In this document: in pieces, positions 40,067 to 52,460 of the stretch
Layout of the letters: the number at the start of each line of letters is the position of its first letter
Numbering within the stretch: position 1 is the first letter of the stretch
Assembly: GCF_006345805.1 (NCBI RefSeq)
Contig: NC_043000.1
Span: 41,664,001-41,728,000, forward strand
DNA length: 64,000 nucleotides
Direction of reading: 5' to 3'
DNA from: Octopus sinensis
Taxonomy: Eukaryota
Position numbers and translations under genes: made by a program
The notes under the pieces: generated by a model
What the model saw: the letters and a program-made list of their open reading frames with translations, nothing else
Told to the model about the DNA's origin: nothing
Database searches by the model: none

Positions 40067-40068
<2 letters not shown>
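38847..40068 (+). repeat. 656-bp tandem duplication (SINE B head + Penelope-like inverted repeat with degenerate hammerhead)
   Basis: 38847-39417 repeated at 39503-40068. Hammerhead-like TCT-CTGATAA..GAAAC-GGCT-GTG-AGA at 39267-39329 and 39920-39982. Inverted arms at ~38990-39103 and ~39166-39287. Confidence 0.9.
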
Positions 40069-40136
<68 letters not shown>

Positions 40137-40188
40137 ATCTATATATATATATATAATATATATATATCTTTGTGTGTGTGTGTGTGTT

Positions 40189-40795
40189 TATTGAAAGAAA
40201 GAAAATGAAGAAAGATGGACGTATGAATAATTTATTTGTATGACATAAAGATGTTGAAATTTTTAAAAAACATAAGAATACAAATAAATTATAAGTTGTA
40301 AAGCTCAAAAAGGTAATGGGGGATGTGATAAAACCTACATATATGTTTCAGTTCTATCCCCTAGTTAATATGCAATTCCCAACATTTGTTTATATGCTAA
40401 GAAAGGTATCATTTTTAACTATATGGGGCAGAACTTCTGCTGGGTTATTATAAGCTTATAGCACTAAACTTATTAATATTCTGTATGCATCCTTCAAAGA
40501 AAAATGGGAATCTTAGTCATATAAGCTCATAAGAACCAAGAAAGAAGTTCTGCTCCATATAGTTAAAAATGATACCTTTCTTAATATATAACCAAATGCT
40601 TAGAATTGCATATCAGCTAGGGGCCAGAACTGAAGCATATATGTTGTTTTTTTTCACATCTCCCATTTCCATATTTTGAGCTTTATAACTTATAATTTAT
40701 TTGTACTGTTATGTTTTTAAAAAATGTCGACATCTTTATATAATACAAATAAATTATTCATACGTCCATCTTTCCCCATTTTCTTTCTTTCAATA
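40189..40795. repeat. ~607-bp diverged palindrome (~280-bp arms) with hammerhead relics in both arms
   Basis: TATTGAAAGAAAGAAAATG... / ...CATTTTCTTTCTTTCAATA; minus strand 40446-40332 reads AACC-CAGCAGA-AGTTCT-(74 nt)-AGAACT-GAAA-CATATATG-TA-GGTT. Confidence 0.9.
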
Positions 40796-41142
40796 TTAAT
40801 ACGTATTACTTCTATAATCCCTAACATATCGCAGAGACTATTTCCTTATATGATATTGATTAACCAGTGGAATTTTTTTTATTATATAATGCTTAATGTG
40901 AATCTAACATACTCGAATTGACTATATGTGTGTGTGTATGTATGTATGTGTGTGTGTATGTATTTATGTATATATGTATGCATGCCTATATGCATTGATG
41001 TACATATGCACGTATCAAATGAATGCATCCGACTCGTTGGTCATCACAAATTTCTTGTAATATTCATCTTTGACATGGACGCACACAACGCGTATGTCCT
41101 CATTATTGATTCAGGGGTAAAATTAAGATATTAGATAAGATA

Positions 41143-41181
<39 letters not shown>

Positions 41182-41185
41182 CTTT

Positions 41186-41520
41186 CTTTCTTTCTTACTT
41201 GTTTCAGTCATTTGACTGTGGCCATGCTGGAGCACCACCTTAGTCGAGCAAATCGACCCGGGACTTATTCTTTGTAAACCCAGTACTTATTCTATCAGTC
41301 TCTTTTGCTGAACCGCTAAGTGACGGGGACGTAAACATACCAGCATCAGTTGTCAAGCAATGCTAGAGGGACAAACACAAACACACATACAACATATATT
41401 ATATATATATATACGACGGGCTTCTTTCAGTTTCCGTCTACCAAATCCACTCACAAGGCATTGGTCGGCCCGGGACTATAGTAGAAGACACTTGCCCAAG
41501 AAGCCACGTGGTGGGATTGA
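41186..41520 (-). mobile_element. SINE family A, 5' truncated
   Basis: Reverse complement of the family A body and tail. Confidence 0.9.
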
Positions 41521-41693
41521 AATCCGTGAATATGGACCTCATTATCATGTGTATATGGAAATATATGAACACAGCCATGCCATTGATTCCCGAAGATGAT
41601 TGTGCTGGATATATATATATATATATATAATAAATTCAGGGTGAATACTTGATAAATGTAAGCCAGCTAGTAGCATAGGTGATATGATATATG

Positions 41694-41941
41694 TATCAAA
41701 TGAAATAAATGAAAAACAAGACGCAGAGGATGTTGCGGTACATATGTTTCGGGCTTTATAGAACAACTTATTTTTACATCAATGCATAATCGATATAATC
41801 GGCTGAAGAAGGCTTTTGATCCATCTATTATATCTATTATATCGATTATGCATTGATGTAAAAATAAGTTGTTCTATAAAGCCCGAAACATATGTACCGC
41901 AACATCCTTTGCGTCCTGTTTTTCATTTATTTCATTTGATA
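41694..41941. repeat. Palindrome (~105-bp arms) overlapping a hammerhead
   Basis: TATCAAATGAAATAAATG...CGATATAAT / ATTATATCG...CATTTATTTCATTTGATA; near-perfect arms. Confidence 0.95.
41800..41899 (+). ncRNA. Type I hammerhead with extended stem II
   Basis: CGG-CTGAAGA-A-GGCTTT-(61 nt)-AAAGCC-C-GAAA-CATATG-TA-CCG; core intact. Confidence 0.7.
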
Positions 41942-42025
41942 TATATATATATGTATTAGACTACTGGTTTTAAATTGATATTAAAATTAATATTAATTTA
42001 TCTCCCTCATTATTTATATATATAT

Positions 42026-42080
<55 letters not shown>

Positions 42081-42253
42081 GATATTCAGTAAGTGTTCCT
42101 TAAAGTACAGCCTATTTGCCAACCTAATGTGGCTGTTCTAGAAGGGACGATCGAGATATTGTGTCGTATAGCCAGCTGGAAACGATGTTTCCTGAGGCAA
42201 AACAACTGTAACAATCGTCCCTTTCATGACATCCACAATATGTTGGCAAATAT

Positions 42254-42353
42254 CCCACTGCATGGCATCATGAGAGAGTGTCTTCTACTGTAGCCTCTGA
42301 CCGACCAAAGCCTTGTGAATGGATTTGGTAGACGGAAACTGAAAGAAGACCAT

Positions 42354-42419
<66 letters not shown>

Positions 42420-42728
42420 CTAATATATAATATAGTCTGTGTGTAATTGTGTGCCTGTTTTTGTCCTTCCACCATCGGTTGACAATGACATTGATGTGTT
42501 TACGTCCCCATAAAATACTGGTTCGGCAAAAGACACCGATAGAATAAGTACTAGGCTTACAAAGAATAAGTAGTCTTTGTAAACGTAATACTTATTCTAT
42601 CGGTCCCTTTTGCCGAACCACTAAGTTAAAAGGACGTGAACACACTGACATTGGTTTCCGTCTACCAAATCCACTCAAGGCTTTGGTCGACCCGAAGCTA
42701 TAGCGGCTGAGAAGCAAGCTTCTTACCA
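42254..42728. mobile_element. SINE family A (+) followed by inverted SINE A fragments (-)
   Basis: + copy at 42254-42570; rearranged - fragments at 42588-42728. Confidence 0.75.
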
Positions 42729-42734
42729 CACACA

Positions 42735-42823
<89 letters not shown>

Positions 42824-43519
42824 CATGCATGCATACATACATACATGCATGCATACATACATACATACATACATACATACATACATACATACATACACAC
42901 ATATACACATGCGCACATCTCATACATACAGATAGAAAGACAAATAGATAGATAGAAATTAATGTGTGTGTGTGCGCGTGTGAGTATGTATGCATGTGTA
43001 TATATGTATGTATGCATAATTCGCTATACAAAATTAGTACAGCAACCGAGACACTTAAGTAAAAATATAAATTTGCGTTATATTTTCTTCGGTCTTGAAT
43101 TCTGCCACATCAAAAAAAAAAAAAGAACACTCAGCAGAATTTGTATATCAAAATAGTTATACATAGTTCTGGATTCTGATAAATATAACATTATAAATTG
43201 ACTGAGGCAAATACAAATCACGAAGGAAGACGCATTAAAATATACTCGTACATAATTTTATATTTTACAAGTCGTCCGAGTTCTGACATGAGCCCCCCCC
43301 CCTATTTTGCAAGATGATGATAAAAGATGGTCTGAATATGTGAGATTCTATTAAGAAAACTGACGTACTGGCATTAAAAGATTTTCAGGACGTGAGACAC
43401 GTGAGTATTGCTACCTTAGAGTTACATAATATAGTTAGCTTCAAATGTGCGGGTGTCGTGTGTTATGTGTATGTATTCATGTATATGTGTACACATACGC
43501 ACATACACACACGTGTGTT

Positions 43520-43837
43520 TACAGGGACATAAACACACCAACATTGGTTGTCAAGCGACAAACACAGACACACAAACATATACACACACATACATATATA
43601 TGCACATATATACGACGGGCTTCTTTCAGTTTCTCTCTACCAAATTCCACACAGCCACTCCTACGCCTATAGTGAAAGAGTTCAGCAGGGTTCGCCCCAT
43701 CCACATCCTGCCGGAACCTCGTGGAGCTTTAGGTGTTTTCGCTCTATAAACACTCACAACGCCCTTTCTGGGAATCGAAACCGCGATCCTACAACCGCGT
43801 GTCCGCTGCCCTAATCACTGGGCTATTGCACCTCCAC
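43520..43837 (-). mobile_element. Adjacent SINE A fragment and SINE B head
   Basis: 43520-43650 family A body; 43690-43837 reverse of the family B head (GGAGGTGCAATAGCCCAGTGATTAGGGCAGCGG). Confidence 0.75.
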
Positions 43838-44899
43838 TGATGTTTAATACTTCATTACGATATTGATTCTTTGAAGATAGATATATAAGATCAAATATTG
43901 TATAACCTGCGCTAACATTTTTCGTTACATTTGTTATGATAGCAACTATATGATTTGAATCAATATTTACGTACTGTAACTTCTTATTTCACCCATCAAA
44001 TGGGTGCCATTTAGTTTCCATGTTTAAGACGACACCTAATACATATGCTATGTGTGTGTTAGTATCACAATAATCGTTAGGTGTAAATCTTTAGATAATA
44101 CAAAGACAGGCTTTTTAAAACTAACTGTTATGCATTCAGATTTCATGTAATGGTGAAACCCATCAGTATATGTTGGATCTATTATATAGCAAATGTAAAA
44201 TATAAAGACCAATAAACTCACAACATTCCGTTGAATGTATGCAGCCCATCATCGTATATTCAATGAATTGTCATCGTCGTTCTTATCTCATAGAGTATTA
44301 CCGAAAGAAAACAGATTTTCATATACGATGTATAAGTAATTTGATATCAAAATCACTGACTGAAATATAATATATTATATAAAACTTGATGCATTTTGGA
44401 GCAAATATTTAGTTATGGAAGGAAAAAAGTTCAAGGATATAAGCTAAATAAATTTATAATACTATTAAACCACTTAGTAACGTTACTATTATTCTATAAT
44501 TTTGAATTGCTTGTTCGAATTTAAGAATAATTGTCTCTAAGATAATTTTACTCTCTATACCTAACAGAATTTTTGTTGGATTTATTGATAGGATTGTTAA
44601 AAAAATTGCATGGGGTTCTTAAATGTAATAAAAGGTATTTGTAAATATAAACATTCAATCTTGTCACTTCTTGTCCTCTTTGCTTAACTTCTAAACTGAA
44701 GTGACAGCTAAGTGTATGTAGTAACATTTTCATTTATGAATATAGAGCGGTGAGCAAGCAGAATCGTTAGAACGTCTGGGAAAAAATGATTTCTAATATT
44801 TCAAATGATCATTTACGGTTTGAGTTCATCTAAATGCAAAATTCAACTTCAAAGTGAGTAAAAGTTGCCCTGCGGCTGTGGTGGTGGTAGCAGAAATAT

Positions 44900-44939
<40 letters not shown>

Positions 44940-44974
44940 AATGATGACGATAACGATGACGATGACGATGATGA

Positions 44975-45006
<32 letters not shown>

Positions 45007-45259
45007 AGTGATGGTGATGATGATGATGTCGATAATGATGATCCCTGGTCATAACCACTGAATTTCAAGCAACGACCATCCCGCACAATCTTTTGTAAAA
45101 TATTGTCTAATATGTTAATGAGATAAAGTCTCCCTCATTGTTCCGTTGGTAGTGGTAGTGGTATTGGTGGTAGAGGTGTGATTGTAGTGATAACATCATA
45201 CGATAATTTCCTTTCTCTTTAAGACTGAGGAATAGTAGAGTGCAATTCAACCCTTTGCC

Positions 45260-45671
45260 TCTTTTACTCTTTTACTTGTTTCAGCCATTTGACTGCGGCC
45301 ATGCTGGAGCACCGCCTTTTAATCGAGCAACTCGACCCCGGGACTTATTCTTTTTGTAAGCCCAGTACTTATTCTATCGGTCTCTTTTGCCGAACCGCTA
45401 AGTAACGGGGACATAAACACACCAGCATCGGTTGTCAAGCAATGCTAGGGGGAAAACACAGACACACAAACACACACACGTACACACATATATATATATA
45501 CATATATACGACAGGCTTCTTTCAGTTTCTGTCTACCAAATCCACTCACAAGGCATTGGTCCGCTCGGGGCTATAGCAGAAGACACTTGCCCAAGATGCC
45601 ACGCAGTGGGACTGAACCCGGAACCATGTGGTTGGTTAGCAAGCTACTTACCACACAGCCACTCCTGCGCC
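45260..45671 (-). mobile_element. SINE family A, full length
   Basis: GGCGCAGGAGTGGCTGTGTGGTAAGTAGC head through the (AAAAGAGT)n tail. Confidence 0.95.
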
Positions 45672-45781
45672 AAATCATTTTCATAAGTTGGTCCTAAATG
45701 TTCTATAAAGCCCTCTTTTCATAGGTCCCAAGGTACTCTGCTGGCTGAAATTTAAAACTGGGGATGTGTATCGTATATGTA

Positions 45782-46125
45782 GAGGTATGTGGATTAATGA
45801 ACAGAGTGTTTAGACTCATGATTATAAGATTGTGGTTTCGATTCCTGGACCGTTGTGTTCTTGAGCAAAACACTTCACTTCACATTGCTCCAGTCTCCCT
45901 CAATCACAAACAACTCTCTTAAACAAAAAAACTGGAATGCCCTTCATCAGTGAGTTCAATCGCTGTAGAAATGAGTACCACTAGTGGACGCGTGTTTCTC
46001 AGTTGTAGGTTGTTGGAGTCACGACCGTAACATTGTGGTTTCGATCCCTGGACCTGGAAATCCGTTGTGTTCTTGAGCAAACCGCTTCATTTCACGTTGT
46101 CCCACTCCACTCAGTTGTAGAAATG
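45782..46125 (+). mobile_element. Two SINE B-type heads with CORE-like domain
   Basis: GGTTTCGAT B box followed by GTTGTGTTCTTGAGCAAA..CTTCA..TCAC, twice. Confidence 0.75.
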
Positions 46126-46382
46126 TGTTTAGCCTGGCCTGGAGAATGATAGGACATACGTTCTCGCCCTAGATGCGCCGCATGGCTGCAGCCCCCCCCC
46201 CAATGGGTTGAAGGATCTATCAATCATATATGATACCCGGGTGCCAGGAAAATATGTCCTGTGCATCACATTTGATACTCTGGACAGGCAAAAGGGTCAG
46301 GGAAAATTCAGTTTAGCAGATCGATCGAGAATATAGAGACTCTCTCGTTGGCCATTTGTGATGTTGTGATTCGTATTTAGAC

Positions 46383-46843
46383 CAGTGCTCCGCAACCTTT
46401 TTTGACTTGCAGTACACTTATATTCTTTTCAAAGTTCAGCAGTACACTTCAACTAAAAAAATAAAATAAATGCGCCCTTTTTAAAGCCTAGCCAGGCTCA
46501 TGGGCCCGGTTTCCCGGTTTCTATGACGTATGTGTTCCCCTGCTGGACGGGACGTCAGTCCATTGCAGCGTTACTCATTTTTGCCCGCTGAGTGGACTGG
46601 AGCAACGTGAAATGAAGTGTTTTGCTCAAGAACACAACGCGTCACCCGGTCCATGAATCGAAACCATAATCTTCCGATCATGGTGCTGACACTCTAACCA
46701 CTAAGCCATGTGCCTCCACACACTTCAACTAAAAACATAACTAAAAGTATAGGGAAAAAATTATATTCAGGTTACAATGCGGCAAACCTAGCATCGTCTC
46801 ATGGCACACTAGTGTGCCGTGGCATACTGGTTGCAGAGCACTG
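46383..46843. mobile_element. hAT MITE with nested SINE B (46460-46719, -)
   Basis: TIR CAGTGCTCCGCAACC / GGTTGCAGAGCACTG, 8-bp TSD ATTTA(G/T)AC; SINE TSD ACACTTCAACTAAAAA (46444-46459, 46720-46735). Confidence 0.9.
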
Positions 46844-47748
46844 ATTTATACCATAGTCAACCTTAAATAAGCAGACCAGCATTCAAAGGCTTTCCAGTCG
46901 TGACCATTCTGCTTTTTTTTTTATTTTCCTGTAAGAAACTCATTATCGCTACATTCTAACATGGTACGTATGATACAAGTGAGATTTGGCTGCTATTTCC
47001 AGGTCAAGCAACCGCATAGATTCCCTCATTGGCTTGTTAGTGGTGGCTACTAAGCTCCACTAGCGCCGTCACCACCGCTATTAGTTCCACCACCACCACC
47101 ACGCCGCCGGCCGCCATCTCCACTACAAGCTCCGCCGCCACCACCACCACCAGTTGTAGGTTATCTAACCAGTAAACAGCCACACGTCAGCCACACGACA
47201 GCTAGCCTAGTCACAAATATTTCTTTTCAGCGCTACCACCACCACCACCACCACAACCAACACCACTACTATGAATAACAGTAACAACAACACCATCTCA
47301 ACAAATAGAAAAAAAATAAAACCTGAAATACAAAGAAAGCACCAAGCTAAGCCTAAGATTCATTCAATGTTGTCTTTCTTCTTCCCCCCCCCCCCCCCGT
47401 TTCTTCTTTCATTCTTTTCTTTCTTATTTTCTTTCAGTTTTTTTTTGTTCCTTTTATTGTTTCTTCTTTTTTTTTCTCTTTAATGCTTTTCGTCTTACGA
47501 GTTTTTAAATTTTTTTTTTTTAGTCAGGCGCCAAACCAGGCTAAGTATCTTTTTTTATTTTCTTTTATTTAATGATTTTTGTTAAGGTGAATACATGCAT
47601 ATACATTTTACACAAACAAACCCACATATATTCAAAACTACATAGATATGTATGTATGTACGTACGTATGTATGTATGTATGCATACATGTACGTCGTTA
47701 GGTATGTAGGTATGTATGCATGTGCAAGTATGTGAGTGTATAATATGC

Positions 47749-47794
<46 letters not shown>

Positions 47795-47799
<5 letters not shown>

Positions 47800-47992
47800 A
47801 AATATTATTAGAGACAAACCACTATTTTGCAAAAAACAATTAAATTTTATGTATTGATTAAGTCTTTCCTTGTTTGTTTTGCAAATAGTGGTTTTGTCTC
47901 TAATAATATTATATAATATTTTACTATAAAATTGGATTTAATCCTAAATCTGATTTTTTCCCTGTAAATTTGGATTTATTCCCTAATATTTA
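47795..47992 (-). repeat. AT-rich repeat with ~50-bp inverted arms (same family as 310-450)
   Basis: AATATTATTAGAGACAAACCACTATTTTGCAAAA / TTTTGCAAATAGTGGTTTTGTCTCTAATAATATT. Confidence 0.8.
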
Positions 47993-48019
47993 TTTTATAT
48001 TATATATATATATATTATA

Positions 48020-48089
<70 letters not shown>

Positions 48090-48137
48090 TGTGTGAGTGT
48101 GTGTGTGTGTATTTGTGAGCCTTCTTTTATGTATATA

Positions 48138-48432
48138 TGCATATATACACTAAAAGACATATATACAAACGTTCGTACATATACATACATACGTACATAC
48201 ATACATGCTCGAAATACGAGAGTAGAAAAACAGCCAACAACTGATGAAGGGTCGTTCTTTATGTTGTTTGTCTTATTTCCATTTGAGTATTTCGTTGTTC
48301 GAAAAATAGTTCATATTCCATGTACTCGTACTTCGTAGTTTTTGTTGTACGCGTTTCGTGACGTCCTGCGCTCACATGTGCATATTATATATATACGTAT
48401 AGATGTATGTACATATACGTATGTATATATTC

Positions 48433-48473
<41 letters not shown>

Positions 48474-48488
48474 ATATATATATATATA

Positions 48489-48533
<45 letters not shown>

Positions 48534-48827
48534 ATATATACACTAAAAGACATATATACAAACGTTCGTACATATACATACATACGTACATACATACATG
48601 TTCGAAATACGAGAGTAGAAAAACAGCCAACAACTGATGAAGGGTCGTTCTTTATGTTGTTTGTCTTATTTCCATTTGTATATTTCGTTGTTTGAAAAAT
48701 ACTTCATGTTCCATGTACTCGTACTTCGTATATTTTGTTGTACGCGTTTCGTGACGTCCTGCGCTCACATATGCATATATATATATATACGTATAGATGT
48801 ATGTACATATACGTATGTATATATGCC

Positions 48828-48830
<3 letters not shown>
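48138..48830. repeat. 393-bp-spaced tandem duplication
   Basis: CACTAAAAGACATATATAC at 48148 and 48541; a few substitutions between copies. Confidence 0.95.
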
Positions 48831-48871
<41 letters not shown>

Positions 48872-49021
48872 CACGCACACACAAACCCAGAACCACGTTA
48901 ATAGCTTAGGAGTGAAATTTAGGATTTCTCGGTTTTCTGTGAATAGGTTTTGATAAAACGTTTCCCGGCTGGTTTGCACACTATGACAACACCATTATGC
49001 TTTCATTATCCTGTGTAACGT

Positions 49022-49161
49022 GAGTTCAAATTCTGCCAAGGTCGACTTTGCCTTTCATCTTTTCGGGCTCGATAAATTTAAGTGGCAGTGAAACACTGGG
49101 GTTGATGTAATCGAGTATCCCCCTCACCCAAATTTCAGGCCTTGTGCCTATAATAGAAAGG
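49022..49161 (+). mobile_element. SINE family C, 5' truncated, 17-bp TSD
   Basis: TSD ATTAT(C/T)CTGTGTAACGT at 49005-49021 and 49162-49178; the opposite TIR preserves the empty site. Confidence 0.9.
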
Positions 49162-49619
49162 ATTATTCTGTGTAACGTCGTTTTTTTTTAAATTTCAGAT
49201 CCTTCACCTTTTGGGTGAACCACGTTAATAGCTTTTGAATGAAAATAGCCCATCTAGACATATTTCTTTTTTCAGAAAATGAAGCGTAATGAACAGAACA
49301 CAACTCATGTCTAACGTCATGTACTTTTGGGCTCATTGAAGCCTCAAATTCCTGTGAGGAGGCAGTTTCAGCCATGGTTCCGATGATGCGAGTTCTGGTG
49401 GTTTTCGTTACATGGGGAAGTCCGGAGGCGGGGAAAATAACTTTACTTGTTTGTCCAGGTTTCCAATGTAACTTGCGACCAATATTCCTTAAATCTCTAG
49501 CTGTCACAGACTTGGAGGACCTACAATCGGATCGTTTGTTCCTTGGTGCTCATGTGGCTAAATAATTCATTATGTCAATAAATGTTAAAATATTATTATG
49601 GTCTTCTGTTAAATATATA

Positions 49620-49785
49620 GGCGCAGGAGTGGCTGTGTTATAAGTAGATTGCTTACCAACCACATGATTCCGGGTTCAGTCCCACTGCGTGGCACCTTGG
49701 GCAAGTGTTTTCTACTATAGCTTCGGGCCGACCAAAGCCTTGTGAGTGGATTTCGTAGACAGAAACTGAAAGAAGCCCGTCGATA

Positions 49786-49843
<58 letters not shown>

Positions 49844-50072
49844 GTATGTGTGTGTATATGCTTGTGTCTGTGTGTCCCCCAATATCGCTTGACAACCGAT
49901 GCTGGTGTGTTTATGTCCCCGTCACTTAGCGGTTCGGCAAAAGAGACCGATAAAATAAGTACTAGGCTTACAAAGAATAAGTCCTGGGGTCGATTTGTTC
50001 GACTAAAGGCGGTGCTCCAGCATGGCCGCAGTCAAATGACTGAAGCAAATAAAAGAGTAAAAGAGTAAAGAG
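49620..50072 (+). mobile_element. SINE family A, full length
   Basis: Complete head, internal (TA)n(TG)n and tail; TATATA on both flanks. Confidence 0.95.
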
Positions 50073-50949
50073 TATATACTCAATGTGTGCTTAATATGCA
50101 TCATTACTCTTCATTTTCTGCAAAAAAAAAAAAAAAAAACGTCTAGATGGGCTCTTTTCATTCAAAAGCTATTTGCGTGGTTCACCCCAAAAGTGAAGGA
50201 TCTGAAATAAAAAAAAAAGAAAGAAAGAATGTTACACAGAATAATGCAAACATAATGGTGTTGCCATAATGTGCAAAGTAGCTGGGAAAAGTGTTATGAA
50301 AATCTATTCACAGAAAACCGAGAAATCCTACTGGGTGTATATGTATAAATATATGTATACAAACATCTGATGCACACATGCATTATGCTTATGTATACGT
50401 GAGTGCGTATATGTGTACGCATCAGTACGAGCAAGGGTGTGTGTATGAAAGAGAGAGAGAGAGGGGGAGTGGCGGGAGAGGTTATCAATACATATGAAGA
50501 TATGTAAATATTTCTAGATTGGTCCTGAATTAAGTTTGTGATCAGAAAATGTATTAAGGTTAAGCAGATCTAAAAATCGAAGAACCGTGCTAGAAGTAGC
50601 ACCTAATCTCCCTCAATCACACATAACTCTCTTAAACAAAAAAAACTGGAATGCTCTTCATCAGTGAGTTCAATAGCTGTTGATTTGATTGAAAGGAAAT
50701 GAAATGGCTAAATAGTTACTGCGTCAGTACTTGATCCTATTTTCTTCGCTCAGAGTTCAAATCTATGGAAATGAACTTTACAATTCATGCATTCGAGGTT
50801 GTCAGAAAATAAAATTGCTCTATTGCAAGACAATCTTTGGCGGAATTGGCAAACTATCAGAAGGAATGGTTTGTGGTATTTGTTCCTGCATTTTGCATTC
50901 AACATCAACGGCTCAGAGAAGTCTGCTATTAAGTTATATCAGTCTAGAC

Positions 50950-51128
50950 CAGTGGTTTTCAACCAGGGTTCCGCAAGAAGATACAAAAATGCTAAAATCA
51001 ACAGTAATTTTTAATTCTCCTGTGCAGATATGTGTGCATACGACAATTAAATTATTGCACAGGGGTTCCTCAAGCCAGTGAAATGTTTTCTTGGGGTTCC
51101 GCTCCATCAAAAAGGTTGAAAAGCACTG
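50950..51128. mobile_element. hAT (Charlie-type) MITE, 179 bp
   Basis: TIR CAGTGGTTTTCAACC / GGTTGAAAAGCACTG; perfect 8-bp TSD GTCTAGAC. Confidence 0.95.
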
Positions 51129-51282
51129 GTCTAGACTTTTATTTCGACAGGTAAATACGCATGCAGAAGGACAATGGTTATTTTTTCCTACAAATAAACA
51201 GAAATTTCTCAATACTGTCAGTAACAAACGATGACAGATACAAACATTGCCATATACACGCATACAAATACACGCATACATG

Positions 51283-51325
<43 letters not shown>

Positions 51326-51392
51326 GCGCGCGCACACCCACACACACACACACACACTCAGGCACACACGTACATACATAAGACTGCTATAT

Positions 51393-51736
51393 ATTCTTTT
51401 CTACTCTAGGCACATTCTAAGGGAGGGGTCCTGCTGACCCCTGTACGCAACTGGTATTTATTTAATCGACCCCGAAAGGATGAAAGGCAAAGTCGACCTC
51501 GGCAGAATTTGAACTTAGAACGTAGCAGCAGACGACATACCTATTTCTTTACTACCCACAAGGGGCTAAACACCGAGAAGACAAACAAGGACAGACAAAC
51601 GGATTAAGTCGATTATATCGACCCCAGTGCCTAACTGGTACTTATTTAATCGACCCCGAAAAGATGAAAGGCAAAGTCTACCTCGGCGGAATTTGAACTC
51701 AGAACGTAACGGCAAACGAAATACCGCTAAGCATTT
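51393..51736 (-). mobile_element. Dimeric SINE C (C2-tailed unit followed by C1-tailed unit)
   Basis: Two B box/central domains; junction ..AAAGAAATAG|GTATGTCGTCTG. Confidence 0.85.
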
Positions 51737-51739
51737 ACT

Positions 51740-52200
51740 TTGACTGCAGGTCACTTTTGGGCTGCTGAACTGGCTCTTCACCACTACTGAAGCACTGACA
51801 TTTTCGCTTAAAGTTATGGTAAAGTATCAACTTTTCATCTCCAGTAACGACCCTAATAAAGAGAATGTCACTTGTTTGCGATTGCCTGCGGAGATATCAT
51901 GCGGGACCCATTTTCCAACCTATGACACGTTACCAAGGCTTTTTAATTCACGATGAATGGTGGTATAGCTCATGTTTAATTCCGTGCATAGGTACTGAAC
52001 AGTCGACTTGATTTATCCTGCAGGTTGTAATCCCAAGTTCTGAATCGAGAAAAGCATCTTCTGCATGTTCGTTCAGTTACTACGCCATCACCATAAGTGG
52101 TTTGCAGTGATTTGGGGGCAACAATTGGACTATTCTCTGTTTTGAAATTCATAAAGAATAACGTGATGATCGAGTTCTTTGCTTGGAATGCACATGGTAT
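51740..52200 (-). mobile_element. Mariner transposase N-terminal fragment
   Basis: YGDGVVTERTCRRCFSRFRTWDYNLQD (HTH) and VGKWVPHDIS (WVPHEL motif). Confidence 0.85.
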
Positions 52201-52235
52201 ACATACATACATACATACATACATACATACATACA

Positions 52236-52271
<36 letters not shown>

Positions 52272-52427
52272 TATATCAATCCAGTAAAAAATAATAATGG
52301 TATTTTTTTATATAAGCTTAAAGCATATGACGATCACCGTGCAATGACTATGGAAAATAGTCTAATAAAGGGGCATATAAGCCCTCGACAGAGAAAAGAA
52401 GGCTTTCCTATTTATCCATTTATCCGC

Positions 52428-52460
<33 letters not shown>

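Larger units (their letters stand above)
48885..50337 (-). mobile_element. Internally deleted Tc1-like element with long TIRs and two nested SINEs
   Basis: ~230-bp inverted repeats (TAGGATTTCTCGGTTTTCTGTGAATAG... / ...CTATTCACAGAAAACCGAGAAATCCTACTGGGTG-TA); internal PRNKRSDCRSSKSVTARDLRNIGRKL..TSKVIFPASGLPHVTKTTRTRIIGTMA resembles the DNA-binding region of DD37E/TRT-type Tc1 transposases. Confidence 0.8.

Noticed and set aside
48235-48370. Hammerhead at CTGATGA 48241/48634 (also 38727 and 27971)
   Set aside because: No correctly placed GAAA, stem III and stem I partner on the same strand; at most half-motifs.
49620-49695. tRNA-like sequences (also 7305-7380, 45600-45671)
   Set aside because: A and B boxes are present but there is no complete cloverleaf, and each continues into a SINE body; these are SINE heads, not tRNA genes.
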